A stretch of DNA of 64,000 bases from Escherichia phage vB_EcoM_112. The notes beneath the pieces were generated by a model that had not been told where the DNA came from, searched no databases, and was given only the letters and a program-made list of their open reading frames with translations. Each line of letters starts with the position of its first letter. Within the stretch, counting starts at the first letter, position 1. The DNA is taken from the sequence record NC_024125.2; one strand, 5' to 3'. The translations under genes and the position numbers were made by a program. Positions 41,233 to 51,546 of this stretch are shown piece by piece.

Positions 41233-41556
41233 TTAATCTTCTATGATATCTCTATCATATCCAAGTGAAATGAGAGTTTCTTTGAAGTGTTTAATGTTCT
41301 TTTGTCTAGAATCATTAATGAAAATGACTGGATAACGAATGTTAAGAGATGTGAATCCAGCGCGTTTAGCAAGAGATACAATCAGTGGACGATCATACTC
41401 AATCTTACCGTTATTTGTAAGAACTTTATAGAAAGTAAAAGGAGCATTGAGCTCCTTTAGAAGTTTTGTAACTGATTGACATCCAGGACAACGACCTACT
41501 TCATCTGGAATTCCATAGACTTCAATCTTATTCTTTAAGTTCGAGTTTTGTTCCAC
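41233..41556 (-). CDS. nrdH: glutaredoxin-like NrdH-type redoxin, about 107 aa from GTG start
   Basis: CPGC active-site motif; no in-frame ATG; GTG at 41554-41556 has AAGGAA RBS. Confidence 0.6.
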   Translation of the reverse strand: MEQNSNLKNKIEVYGIPDEVGRCPGCQSVTKLLKELNAPFTFYKVLTNNGKIEYDRPLIVSLAKRAGFTSLNIRYPVIFINDSRQKNIKHFKETLISLGYDRDIIED

Positions 41557-41839
41557 GAGAAATAATTCCTTGGTAAGCCCAATAAGGAGGATTAACAGAA
41601 TCCTCGCCAGAGTTTTCTTCAGGAAAATAAACCTGGATAACAAATCCAGATGCATCAAAGGTAAAATAAACCGTAGGCAGTTCACCTAACAATTCGGCAC
41701 GAGCATTAATTTCTTCGAGATCTCGTTCACGTCCAGCCCAAAAACTAGGATTTAGACTACATTCGTAAAAATAATAGTCATTACCGAACATATCAAAACC
41801 CTTCCAACTCTCTACCACATACCGCTCAAAACTAATCAT
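41528..41839 (-). CDS. hypothetical protein, 103 aa
   Basis: ORF track; 3' end overlaps nrdH start in another frame. Confidence 0.5.
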   Translation of the reverse strand: MISFERYVVESWKGFDMFGNDYYFYECSLNPSFWAGRERDLEEINARAELLGELPTVYFTFDASGFVIQVYFPEENSGEDSVNPPYWAYQGIISRGTKLELKE

Positions 41840-41841
41840 AA

Positions 41842-42057
41842 TTAAGCCTTTTTATCAAGAACAGAATTCAGCTTGTTAGTAATTTTATCCAGACGCTCAT
41901 TGAACTCGCTAGAAGATAAACCCTTTTCTGGAGAAATCAAACTAATCACGAAAAATATAGCAATAAAAGGAATAAGGAAAATAGCTCCAACTGCCATAAA
42001 CAGAAAGAATGTTACAGTTGTAAGAAAATCAGCTAAACCTTTACGAAATTTATACAT
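41842..42057 (-). CDS. small membrane protein, 71 aa
   Basis: Two hydrophobic segments. Confidence 0.5.
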   Translation of the reverse strand: MYKFRKGLADFLTTVTFFLFMAVGAIFLIPFIAIFFVISLISPEKGLSSSEFNERLDKITNKLNSVLDKKA

Positions 42058-42171
42058 ATTTTACCCTTAATTGATTAACCAAGCATTGATAAGCACTAAA
42101 CTATATTGCGAATAAAATTCTGGACCAAAATGAAAATCATATCATTTATAGTATCCATAATGTAATTCAAT

Positions 42172-42642
42172 TTAATCATGTGTCCACCCCTCATCGGTAT
42201 TTGACCAAAGTCGCTGATTATCTGATCCTCGCCACAGCTTTTTAGTCGGAAGATTTTTCTCATACTTCCCATCAATAATAACATCAACATATTTAAGCAT
42301 TTCTAGTTGTTTAATATCTTCAAACTTATATCCTGTCCACAACCAAATGCTTTTATTGGGATAAAGATTTTTAATAGTTTGAACCACAGAGTGAATCACG
42401 TCTCTGTTATCAGGATAAAGAGGGTCTCCTCCAGTTATAGTTAATCCTTCTATATAATCATTATTCAAACATTCAATTAATTGTTCTAATGTTTCACCAG
42501 TGAATGGAATACCATTTCTAGCATTCCATGTTGATTTATTATAACACCCTTCACATTTATGCAAACAACCTGTAACGAAAAGAACGGTCCTGCATCCAGG
42601 GCCATTCACAAAGCAGCACGGATATATTCTGTCATAATTCAT
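42172..42642 (-). CDS. nrdG: anaerobic ribonucleotide reductase activating protein NrdG (radical SAM), 156 aa
   Basis: CxxxCxxC cluster GCLHKCEGC; ATG at 42640-42642. Confidence 0.85.
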   Translation of the reverse strand: MNYDRIYPCCFVNGPGCRTVLFVTGCLHKCEGCYNKSTWNARNGIPFTGETLEQLIECLNNDYIEGLTITGGDPLYPDNRDVIHSVVQTIKNLYPNKSIWLWTGYKFEDIKQLEMLKYVDVIIDGKYEKNLPTKKLWRGSDNQRLWSNTDEGWTHD

Positions 42643-43469
42643 AATAATATCCAATTTTTCCAAGCTTCATCAGTAGAATTACAGCATTTTAGTATAAGAT
42701 GTCTAGAAACTTTTATGGCATTTGAGCACTTTTTAATTGAATCATATTTAATACCGTCAACTGAAACGGTTTTGCTAGTTGGAGAAATTTTTCCATACAT
42801 TGGATTTTTTGAACCAACTTGAAGTCCTTTTAAAGCTTTTGAAAGCTTTTGTCTAGATTCCAATGACATGGGAGAATTCTTTTTACCTTCAATAATTCGC
42901 TTGCGATGAAGTTCGCGTTCTTCTTCACTCAAAGAATTGTAATATTTTTTAACACCGTTTGATATAGATAATTTATCTTTCTCAGACCGCTCTCCAGCTA
43001 ATTTACTTCTAACATCTTTTCGCTTCATAGCTATGCTTACGGCTTTATTTAAATTTGCTTGATGCTCTGGCGTACGTTTATATTTCTTTAAAGCACGTGA
43101 AATAGCTATTTTAGTTTCTTCTGTTCTCTTTTTACCTTTATTTGCTAAACTATTTTTGCGGCGATGTTCAAGTGTCTGTTCATAGGCAGTTCCACCTTTT
43201 CCACCAGGTTTAATATTATATGTATTTTCTTTTAGACAATACTCTTCGGTTACAAGTTCAGCTTCTTTATCATACATTTGTTTTTCATTATCAAAAACAT
43301 GTAAAATTTCTTTATTAAAATTTTTTCTACCATATTTTAATAAAGCGGCACGAATCAATGTTCCTGACCCCATATAACCGTCATTTATGTTATCGGTGCT
43401 ATGCGCACCGATATATTCCTTTGAATTAATTATATTTGTTATTTTATAAATTATATAATACCTATGCAT
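42639..43469 (-). mobile_element. free-standing GIY-YIG homing endonuclease ORF, 276 aa
   Basis: N-terminal YIIYKITN...KEYIGAH motif; basic C-terminal DNA-binding half; overlaps nrdD stop and nrdG start. Confidence 0.75.
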
Positions 43470-45279
43470 GTTTTACTCGTTTTACCATTTCTTTCATTTT
43501 ACCTAAATTCCATGGAACAACGCTAGGAGTTCCAAGATATCCGCATGTTCTTCTTATGGTATTCATCTTTTTAGGATCAGTTTCTCCACAAATAGAACAA
43601 ACAAATCCGTTTTCAGTAGGAGTCATTTCATGGGTACTTCCGCATGTAAAACATTTATCTACTGGCATATTAACACCAAAATAATCTAAATGTTGTGCAG
43701 CATAATCCCATACAGCCTCAAGACCTTTTAAGTTATTTTTCATATCAGGAAGTTCAACATAAGAAATGTGACCACCTGTTGCAATGAAATGATACGGGGC
43801 TTCGCGAGAAATCTTTTCAAACGGAGTAATATTTTCTTCTACTGAAACATGGAAACTGTTAGTATACCAGCCTTTATCAGTAACATCCTTTACACTTCCA
43901 TATTTTTCGGTATCAAGTTTACAGAAGCGATAACACAAGTTTTCAGCAGGAGTAGAATACAAACTAAAAGCAAATCCGGTTCTTTCAGTCCATTGTTTAA
44001 GATGAGTATTCATTTTAGTTAAAATTTCTTGTCCAATATCACGACCGACAAGAATATTCAATTCGTGAATACCAATGTATCCTAGAGACACTGAACTTCT
44101 ACCGTTTTTAAATAACTCAATTATGTCGTCATCAGGTTTAAGACGAACCCCGAATGCACCTTCTTGGTAAAGAATAGGAGCAACAGTTGCTTTAACTCCT
44201 TTTAAGGAACTAATTCTACACATCAAAGCTTCAAAACACAAATCCATTCGCTCATTGAACAATTCGATAAATTTCTGTTCATTGAACTGTGTTCCAATAT
44301 AAGAATCTAATGCGATACGAGGAAGATTCAGTGTTACAACACCAAGATTATTACGTCCATCAAGAATTTCATTACCAGTCGAATCTTTCCATACGCTCAA
44401 GAAACTACGGCAACCCATCGGAGAAACAGGAACAGATGAACCAGTGATAGCTTTATTGTTCTTAGCTGAAATAATATCAGGATACATCCTTTTGCTTGCG
44501 CACTCTAGAGCAAGCTGTTTAATATCATAGTTCGGGTCGTCTTTATAAAGATTAACACCTTCTTCAACGAACATAACAAGCTTAGGGAAAATAGGAGTTA
44601 TCCCATCACGACCAAGACCTTTAATACGATTTTTCAGAATTGCTTTCTGAATCATTCGTTCAGTCCAGTCAGTTCCCGTACCAAATGTAATTGTTACAAA
44701 AGGCGTTTGTCCGTTTGAACTAAAGAGAGTATTTACTTCATATTCATAAGCTTGGAATGCATCGTATACGTCTTTTTCTGTTTTAGACTGGGCATAATTC
44801 AACGCATCAGCGATTTGCCATTTTTCTGCATCCTCAATATGTTTTGCATAGGTGCGTTTAACATAAGGAGAAAGTACTTTATCTACATTCGCAAAAGTCG
44901 TTCCGCCGTATTGGTGAGAAGCAACCTGTGCAGTAATTTGTGCCATAATTGCAGTAGCAACGCCAATTGATTTAGGAGTTTCAATCTGTGCATTACCTAG
45001 CTTAAATCCGTTTTCAAGCATTCCTTTTAAATCTACTAAACAACAATTAGTAAATGGAAGAGCAGGGGAATAATCAATATCGTGGAAATGGATAATTCCG
45101 CTTTCATGCGCTTTCATAATAAAAGACGGGACCATATTTTTGGCAATGTGTTTAGACACAATACCAGCCATAAGGTCCCGTTGAGTTGGAAAAACACGAG
45201 AATCTTTATTAGCATTCTCGTTTAAAAGGTCTTTATTAGTTTTATGAATCAATCCTTCAATTTCTTTTTCAATTGTCAT
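43462..45279 (-). CDS. nrdD: anaerobic ribonucleoside-triphosphate reductase NrdD, 605 aa, uninterrupted
   Basis: C-terminal glycyl-radical and zinc-ribbon region (CFTCGS...CSICG, RRTCGY); single continuous ORF. Confidence 0.9.
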   Translation of the reverse strand: MTIEKEIEGLIHKTNKDLLNENANKDSRVFPTQRDLMAGIVSKHIAKNMVPSFIMKAHESGIIHFHDIDYSPALPFTNCCLVDLKGMLENGFKLGNAQIETPKSIGVATAIMAQITAQVASHQYGGTTFANVDKVLSPYVKRTYAKHIEDAEKWQIADALNYAQSKTEKDVYDAFQAYEYEVNTLFSSNGQTPFVTITFGTGTDWTERMIQKAILKNRIKGLGRDGITPIFPKLVMFVEEGVNLYKDDPNYDIKQLALECASKRMYPDIISAKNNKAITGSSVPVSPMGCRSFLSVWKDSTGNEILDGRNNLGVVTLNLPRIALDSYIGTQFNEQKFIELFNERMDLCFEALMCRISSLKGVKATVAPILYQEGAFGVRLKPDDDIIELFKNGRSSVSLGYIGIHELNILVGRDIGQEILTKMNTHLKQWTERTGFAFSLYSTPAENLCYRFCKLDTEKYGSVKDVTDKGWYTNSFHVSVEENITPFEKISREAPYHFIATGGHISYVELPDMKNNLKGLEAVWDYAAQHLDYFGVNMPVDKCFTCGSTHEMTPTENGFVCSICGETDPKKMNTIRRTCGYLGTPSVVPWNLGKMKEMVKRVKHA

Positions 45280-45749
45280 TTTAAACTCTTTCTAAGCTGC
45301 TTCTTAAATGAAGCTATTAACTGTGTTTTGGTGTCAGATTCATTATATTCAAATCCTCTTTGAAGCATCTCGGCCATCATTTCCTCTTTTCCTAAACGAG
45401 AAAATTCCTTTGATTTATCTCCAACAAAGTTAGGGTGAATATTATTTTGGGTGTAATCGGATTTTAAATAAGTAAGTAAATTTTCTAACCATTCAAGATA
45501 ATCAACACCTTGTCCCTTTAAGCCAGAACGATTAAATTTATGCTTCATTTGACCTTCTGCGGCATTGCATAGATTACAAAGCAATCCACGTACCTTTCCT
45601 GCTTTTGGTCCATTTAATTCATGGTCATGATCAAGGTGATTAGCTTGAACGTCAGGATTTAGTTCTCGTTGGCAAATTAAGCATTTACCATTTTGTGCAT
45701 CATAAAATTTCTGTTTTTCTTCTTTATATAATTTGCCAGTCAATAACAT
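45276..45749 (-). CDS. 49: endonuclease VII (Holliday junction resolvase) gp49, 157 aa
   Basis: Zinc motif CLICQ...CNLCN and HLDHDH; length. Confidence 0.9.
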   Translation of the reverse strand: MLLTGKLYKEEKQKFYDAQNGKCLICQRELNPDVQANHLDHDHELNGPKAGKVRGLLCNLCNAAEGQMKHKFNRSGLKGQGVDYLEWLENLLTYLKSDYTQNNIHPNFVGDKSKEFSRLGKEEMMAEMLQRGFEYNESDTKTQLIASFKKQLRKSLK

Positions 45750-45790
45750 AATAAACCCTTACTTTAAATAGATAAGGGTATTTATTATTT

Positions 45791-46276
45791 TCAAGTATTG
45801 TAAAACATTTGATGCAATCGCTTATATTGCCGAATCTTTTGGTCAGAAAAAGAAATTTGATTTTCAAGCCATTCAATGTATTCTGCGGCAGCTTGCATCA
45901 GGTTACCTTCATAGCCATCGTTATTTTCTTGTGCAGCTAATTTAGCTAATGCGTATGAAATACGTTCACCTTGAAAATCGGCTTTAGGCTTCTGAACAAC
46001 TTGATTAGTTCGCTCTACAACTTCTTCAATTTCGCCATTTTCGACTGATTCAGTATTCCACAAACACCAATACGTAATTGGCTTATCGTAGATGTTAATA
46101 ATCTTTCCGTCGGAAAGTTCAATTTCAATAATTCCAGTATCAGGTTCTATATCATCTTCACATTCTTTTGCAAGTTCACGAACTTTAAAGACAGTACCTG
46201 CACTAAGTTCCGGCCAGTAATTACATAGCCCTGTATCAACACGATTAATTCTAAACCACTTATCTACTGTAATCAT
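45791..46276 (-). CDS. pin: hypothetical protein, 161 aa (position and size as I recall for T4 pin)
   Basis: ATG at 46274-46276 (tracked start is TTG); synteny only. Confidence 0.5.
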   Translation of the reverse strand: MITVDKWFRINRVDTGLCNYWPELSAGTVFKVRELAKECEDDIEPDTGIIEIELSDGKIINIYDKPITYWCLWNTESVENGEIEEVVERTNQVVQKPKADFQGERISYALAKLAAQENNDGYEGNLMQAAAEYIEWLENQISFSDQKIRQYKRLHQMFYNT

Positions 46277-46398
46277 GTCCCATCTCCATATCAATTAAGT
46301 CATTTATCGTTGGTTCATTATACACCGTTTCTTCATCAGTGTAAATCGGTTCTTCCGGCTCTGGCTCTACAGTTTCCCATCTAGCCGCCCACCAAGGT

Positions 46399-46569
46399 TT
46401 AACCCCGAAGCTTATTAAGTTCTTCATAATCAATCCAGGATTCTAATCCTGATGGTAGGTCACATTCAATTTCCCAAAGAAGTTCTTCAATTTTATGAAG
46501 ACGATCTAATTCTTCAACAGGAATAGTAACCATTGATGGAGCTCTTGCTGCACTAATATCGTATATCAT
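46399..46569 (-). CDS. hypothetical protein, about 56 aa
   Basis: ATG at 46567-46569 after upstream stop. Confidence 0.4.
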   Translation of the reverse strand: MIYDISAARAPSMVTIPVEELDRLHKIEELLWEIECDLPSGLESWIDYEELNKLRG

Positions 46570-46571
46570 AT

Positions 46572-46787
46572 TTACCCCAGTTTGACCATGCAATCGCCGT
46601 ATTTCCACTTAGAAATAGACTTTTCACCATTAGAATAATAAACTTCGAGTTTAGCGCGATTATTTTTAATTTGAATAACCTTGGCTGTCATCAAAGTTCC
46701 ATACCCATAATAAACTGCAACCTCATCACCTACATATACCGCGCTTCCGCGGTAATCGTGAATATAGTCAGTTCCTTCAAGCATCAT
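46572..46787 (-). CDS. hypothetical protein, 71 aa
   Basis: ORF track; overlaps nrdC start. Confidence 0.5.
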   Translation of the reverse strand: MMLEGTDYIHDYRGSAVYVGDEVAVYYGYGTLMTAKVIQIKNNRAKLEVYYSNGEKSISKWKYGDCMVKLG

Positions 46788-47047
46788 TTAAAATATTCTC
46801 GCAATTGGTCAAATCCACCAATATGACTTCCATCAGGAGCAAATACCTGAGGCATTGTCAAGCCAATTTGAATATCACGACCTAGTTTAGTCAGAAGCTC
46901 AGCAATTTTCTCATCATCAAAAACACCTTTTTCCGGCATAATGTTGATAAATTCAAACGGCTGTTTCTTCACAGTCAAAAGACGTTTTGCATTATCGCAA
47001 TACACACATTTATGGATGTTGCTATCATAACCATATACTTTAAACAT
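46784..47047 (-). CDS. nrdC: glutaredoxin/thioredoxin NrdC, 87 aa
   Basis: CVYC active site; length. Confidence 0.9.
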   Translation of the reverse strand: MFKVYGYDSNIHKCVYCDNAKRLLTVKKQPFEFINIMPEKGVFDDEKIAELLTKLGRDIQIGLTMPQVFAPDGSHIGGFDQLREYFK

Positions 47048-47048
47048 A

Positions 47049-47291
47049 TTATTCCTTAATTCCTAGTACTTGTTTAAAAGTCTCGTCGTAATCAAGACTT
47101 TGGCCCGTTTGTTCTTTATGTTTGTATATAATATCACTTACTTCTGATAGCATATTTTTATATGAACGAGTTAAAGCTGATTTAAGCACGCTGTATCTAT
47201 CAGGAAATTTACCATGTTCATTATAATAAGCTATTGCTAATTCACGGACTGCCTTTTCAGCAGTCTCCATATATTCTTTACGCTTGGTCAT
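47049..47291 (-). CDS. hypothetical protein, about 80 aa
   Basis: ATG at 47289-47291. Confidence 0.45.
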
Positions 47292-47592
47292 TTTCTTCTC
47301 GGTCAAATCGGTGTTTACAATGGCGACATTTATAACGAAGATTACTAGTCTGCCAATGGACCAATTGCACCTGTTCAGTTCCACATTCAGGGCAATTAGG
47401 AACGTTTTTAGAAGCCCTTTCACGACGTTCAACCATGACCATTACAGAATCCCAATTAATAGGAGGGCTATAATCATCACAACCATGAATCTTTCCACGC
47501 ATTTCCAAATCGTCTTCTTCACCAGCCATAATAATTTTAATTAGACTAGAATTACTTGAAGCTGCAATGTCTTCTAATAGACGCTTTTTCAT
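47278..47592 (-). CDS. zinc-ribbon protein, 104 aa
   Basis: CPECG...CRHCKH. Confidence 0.55.
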
Positions 47593-48518
47593 TTCAATAC
47601 CTCAATAGCATTACGTAAACCATTTGCTTTTGCATTAAGAGCTTTTAACAATTTGGTGTGTTCTGCAATTTGGGCTTCAACTTCAATCAAACGAGCATTG
47701 AGATATTCGCGTTCTTCACTCAGATTATCAACCTTTTCTACTTTAGGCTCTTTTACAACTGTCTTATATGTATTAGGGTTCTTCAGTTTAATTAGAATGC
47801 GTGAACTGTATAACATTGAACCATTATTTTCGGTTTCGTCATACATTTCTACTACATCCATAATTTTTAACATCATGCGGAGTTTATAAGACAACGAACG
47901 AATAGTTTTGTTGTGCTTATTAATTTCTTTAGCTGTCATGGTGCCGAGATTACGTGAGTAATAATAAGGAACCTGGATATTAATTAATACTGATGAACCA
48001 CCTGGCTTGTGTGTTACTTCATCAGCAATAACCCAGTCCTTAACATGAACTGTATTTGTACGGTCATCACCCGCGGTAAACAGTTTGCGAGCATGCTTAA
48101 AAAGCATATTCACTTGGTCATTGAATTGACAAGCAAATTTATCAGCAAATTTAGTTTCAGGAATGGTAGATAACCAATCAGCCAAATGAGTCTTTTTAAC
48201 ATCGTTAACAATAGTAAATTCAACCAAATCGGTTATAGATGTCTCAGATTTAATAAAGCTCGGCTTCATAAAGTTTTTAATGTTATCGTGAGCTACAGTA
48301 GAAGATAACATACGAGAACGTTTAAACCATTCAAGCAAATTACCTAACGAATGAGAATAAGCGTTTTGAGTATCTTTACAGATATGATTTTCCTGGCCAA
48401 CATATTGAAGGAAATCACGAAGAATATTATTGATTACTGCTCTGTGTCCGATCTGATAATTACGGTGTTTAGTAATAAGACTGTCAAAATAATCAATATA
48501 ATGTTTACGAGTTTTCAT
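47589..48518 (-). CDS. hypothetical protein with C-terminal coiled coil, 309 aa; member of a four-gene tandem family
   Basis: Conserved KPVE-like motif then helical tail. Confidence 0.6.
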   Translation of the reverse strand: MKTRKHYIDYFDSLITKHRNYQIGHRAVINNILRDFLQYVGQENHICKDTQNAYSHSLGNLLEWFKRSRMLSSTVAHDNIKNFMKPSFIKSETSITDLVEFTIVNDVKKTHLADWLSTIPETKFADKFACQFNDQVNMLFKHARKLFTAGDDRTNTVHVKDWVIADEVTHKPGGSSVLINIQVPYYYSRNLGTMTAKEINKHNKTIRSLSYKLRMMLKIMDVVEMYDETENNGSMLYSSRILIKLKNPNTYKTVVKEPKVEKVDNLSEEREYLNARLIEVEAQIAEHTKLLKALNAKANGLRNAIEVLK

Positions 48519-48572
48519 GTTCTTCTCACTTGGTTAATGATTTATACTCCGAGCCATCCTTGGCTTTAAATT

Positions 48573-49574
48573 TTACTTAATTAACTGTAAAGCTTGTTCT
48601 AAACGATCAAGACGATTAACAGATTCTTCCCAAATCCTTTTAGCCTGCTCATATTCTTTCTGCGCTTTATTAGAAATTTCTAGAACTTCTTTATAAGCTT
48701 TTTCTAGTGCAATAACTTCTGGACGAATTTCTACCGGTTCAGGTGAATCATCAAGATTATCCATTAGTTCCTCAAGGGTAGTTTCTTCTTTAGGAGTATT
48801 CACAATTTCATCACATTTTTGCTGGTAAATTTCTTTATCAGTCGGTGAGTACGCACACTTTACTTCACGAAGACTAATTACAATTTTATATCCTTCCCAT
48901 CCGCATATATTCTTAAAAGGATATGTATGAATACTTTTTACAGTTTCCATACAGCCCAAAGCCGTCTCTAATTGATGAGTTATAGTGCTAGCAATTGAGA
49001 AAAATTTATTAATGTTCTTTTGATTAGCTGCTGGTGTAAAAAATCCATAATTCACAAAAATAGCTACTTTATTTTTATCAAGCTCATATTCTTTTACGAT
49101 AATCATATCAGAAGCCAAAGGATGAATTTGACGATAATCGCCATAACATAATTTAGAAGCTGATTTTAGAATTTGTCCTTTGAAAAGTCTGAAATTACTA
49201 ATCCAACGACGAGTAAAAATATTCTCAGGGTCTTCTTTGATATTAAGATGATAAGAATTAACATCACCGAACCAATTATATCCTACTACATCTTTAGTTC
49301 GTTTAATTTCTTTCCCAAAATTACCAAGAATATCCCTATTAACCAAATATGAAAGAAGACGAGACCCTTTAAAGGTTTTCTTAATGGCATCTTTATCTGT
49401 ACGACTAGAAATTTCACGAACTTCATGAATAAATTTGCCGGAAGAAACAATACTTGCATCAATATTATTGAGCCATTGATTGATAATAGAAAGAACGATA
49501 TTTTGACCAAACATCGGTATAGCTTTATCATCAATAACGCTGTTGAACGATTTAATATATTCGTTGCGAGTCAT
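48573..49574 (-). CDS. hypothetical protein with C-terminal coiled coil, about 333 aa
   Basis: ATG at 49572-49574 with GAGGAG RBS; tracked start overlaps promoter -10. Confidence 0.6.
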   Translation of the reverse strand: MTRNEYIKSFNSVIDDKAIPMFGQNIVLSIINQWLNNIDASIVSSGKFIHEVREISSRTDKDAIKKTFKGSRLLSYLVNRDILGNFGKEIKRTKDVVGYNWFGDVNSYHLNIKEDPENIFTRRWISNFRLFKGQILKSASKLCYGDYRQIHPLASDMIIVKEYELDKNKVAIFVNYGFFTPAANQKNINKFFSIASTITHQLETALGCMETVKSIHTYPFKNICGWEGYKIVISLREVKCAYSPTDKEIYQQKCDEIVNTPKEETTLEELMDNLDDSPEPVEIRPEVIALEKAYKEVLEISNKAQKEYEQAKRIWEESVNRLDRLEQALQLIK

Positions 49575-49602
49575 ATTAATCTCCTCAGTAGAAAGTAAGA
49601 AC

Positions 49603-49632
49603 ATTATACCACATCCTTGTGGCGAAGTAAAC
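49603..49632 (-). promoter_or_regulatory. T4-type early promoter (GTTTAC-N18-TATAAT)
   Basis: Plus gtaaac 49627-49632, attata 49603-49608. Confidence 0.6.
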
Positions 49633-50639
49633 TAGTTTAGTGCATTTAGTGCGTTGTTCAGTTTAGAACGTTGCTTCGTGAGATTTTTGACTTTTTCTAG
49701 CATCTTTTCAGCTTCTAACACTTCATTGGTCGCTTTAACGAGTTCATCATCTACTGCCTTGATAGACTTCTCAATCGCATCCGCGTGCCATTTTTCAACA
49801 GGTTTAAGACTCGGATTTTCAATAGGAAGAAAATTCGCTTTATTAAATTTCCATGCATCTTTATTACCTGAGCTATACATCCAAAATTTAGGATCGTTTG
49901 ATGAGCAATTAGATAAATTTAAGTTATCTTGCACTTCCTGCTTTTTCTCTTGCGTGACTTCGTCTTTTCTCAAAAAATCATATTTAAATGAAACGATCAT
50001 ATCAAGTTCATATGTTGTTGTATGTTCCCAATTTCGCTCAAAACGAGGTAAAATCTTAGACTGAACAGCGGCAACAACATCCATATACTTAAATGCTTCT
50101 GTCAACTGTGATTTAAGGCATTCACAAATTGAAAGAGAATTTTTTGTATTAGGTTTAAAGCTAATTCGTGCAGTTCTATTATTTTCTTTTAACGGTCTTA
50201 CTTCCATCTGAAGAGTATAACCATCAAATTTCAGATTCTTTAAGTTAATATCAGAACCTTTTAATCGACTAGCAGTAGACAAAATTTGCTTTAATTGTTT
50301 ACGAAATAGAGCAATAAATCTCCATTCAATACGATAATGATTTGGATTAAAAAATCCTGTTGATAAATCAACCTTACTCTGACCAACGCCTTGAACAAAT
50401 AGAGGATTTTTATAATCAATAGTTTTACAGAAATCGGTGAGCTGCTCACGAGCAGTCATTTGTGTAATATATCCCGCTTTACTAAAATGACGTAACCATT
50501 CACTGCTATTCATATACTTAAAGTGAATATCACGATTAACTTTATCAGGGTCTAAATTATTTTGGCACAAAAATGTCATAACATTACGGGTATAGCTGGC
50601 ATTACGAACCATATCTTCAATTTGAGAACGAGTTTTCAT
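49632..50639 (-). CDS. hypothetical protein with C-terminal coiled coil, 335 aa
   Basis: ATG at 50637-50639. Confidence 0.6.
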   Translation of the reverse strand: MKTRSQIEDMVRNASYTRNVMTFLCQNNLDPDKVNRDIHFKYMNSSEWLRHFSKAGYITQMTAREQLTDFCKTIDYKNPLFVQGVGQSKVDLSTGFFNPNHYRIEWRFIALFRKQLKQILSTASRLKGSDINLKNLKFDGYTLQMEVRPLKENNRTARISFKPNTKNSLSICECLKSQLTEAFKYMDVVAAVQSKILPRFERNWEHTTTYELDMIVSFKYDFLRKDEVTQEKKQEVQDNLNLSNCSSNDPKFWMYSSGNKDAWKFNKANFLPIENPSLKPVEKWHADAIEKSIKAVDDELVKATNEVLEAEKMLEKVKNLTKQRSKLNNALNALN

Positions 50640-50647
50640 GGTGTTCC

Positions 50648-51535
50648 TTAAGATTTAAGTAAATCAACAATTTTAATTAATTTTTCACGCTCAGATTTAG
50701 CTTTACTACTCAATCCAGATAGTCTGAAAATTTCATCGTCATACTGTTGAATAGAAATATTCAGCTCTTCAATTTGCTTATTAAAATAATCAATTTGCTC
50801 AGAATGTTTTTCATTACTGCGAACTGGTACAGGTTTTGTAGGCAATTTAGTTAAACTGGATTCATCCGGGCGATAAATTAAAATACAACTTGAACCAATC
50901 GGGCATTTAGCACCAGACACATATTCTAATGTTCCGGCTTCTTTTAAAACTTCAAAAGCTAAACAGAGATGATGCCCCATATTAACATAATCTGTAGAGC
51001 GAGCTCTGACGTAATAATCATCGCCGCGAATACTAAATTTAAAGCATTTAAGGTCTTCTGTATTATTGGTCTTAAAAATCATTTGTTTATCTAGACCTTT
51101 AGCTAATCTAGCGCCTAATGCTAATAATCGTCGTTGATTTTCCCACAAATCCGCAATCATTTGATCGAATGACAATTTCGGCATTAGTCGGCCATAAAGG
51201 TCATATCCTTTATTATAATTACGAAGGATTTCACTCGCGTTAATACGAGACAATGCTCCAATTTTATTAAGGGCTTTCATGATGCGATTAGATAAACCCA
51301 TTCCAGACCCGTTTGTTCGTTGTAAATGTTTATCTAATCCAAACCCAATATCAACTTTAAATTTATCTAAAATTTCAGCATGAACATCTCTGTCAATAAC
51401 ATTCAAATCCAAAGTTGGGTTAAATCTATGAAAAAATTTATCTGGCTCTCCACGACGAAGTACAGTCCATTCATTTAATTTTTTATTAACTAAAGATTTA
51501 ATTACTGTATTGACATTATTAATTACTACTGACAT
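50648..51535 (-). CDS. hypothetical protein with C-terminal coiled coil, about 295 aa
   Basis: ATG at 51533-51535 (tracked start TTG). Confidence 0.55.
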   Translation of the reverse strand: MSVVINNVNTVIKSLVNKKLNEWTVLRRGEPDKFFHRFNPTLDLNVIDRDVHAEILDKFKVDIGFGLDKHLQRTNGSGMGLSNRIMKALNKIGALSRINASEILRNYNKGYDLYGRLMPKLSFDQMIADLWENQRRLLALGARLAKGLDKQMIFKTNNTEDLKCFKFSIRGDDYYVRARSTDYVNMGHHLCLAFEVLKEAGTLEYVSGAKCPIGSSCILIYRPDESSLTKLPTKPVPVRSNEKHSEQIDYFNKQIEELNISIQQYDDEIFRLSGLSSKAKSEREKLIKIVDLLKS

Positions 51536-51546
51536 ATTTTTCTCAC

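Noticed and set aside
41233-41685. 150-aa version of the NrdH-like ORF with a hydrophobic N-terminal extension
   Set aside because: The extension overlaps the upstream ORF; the redoxin domain begins near the GTG at 41556, so the long form is probably an ORF-calling artefact.
43462-45279. Possible group I intron in nrdD
   Set aside because: nrdD reads as a single uninterrupted 605-aa frame; no intron-sized interruption is visible.
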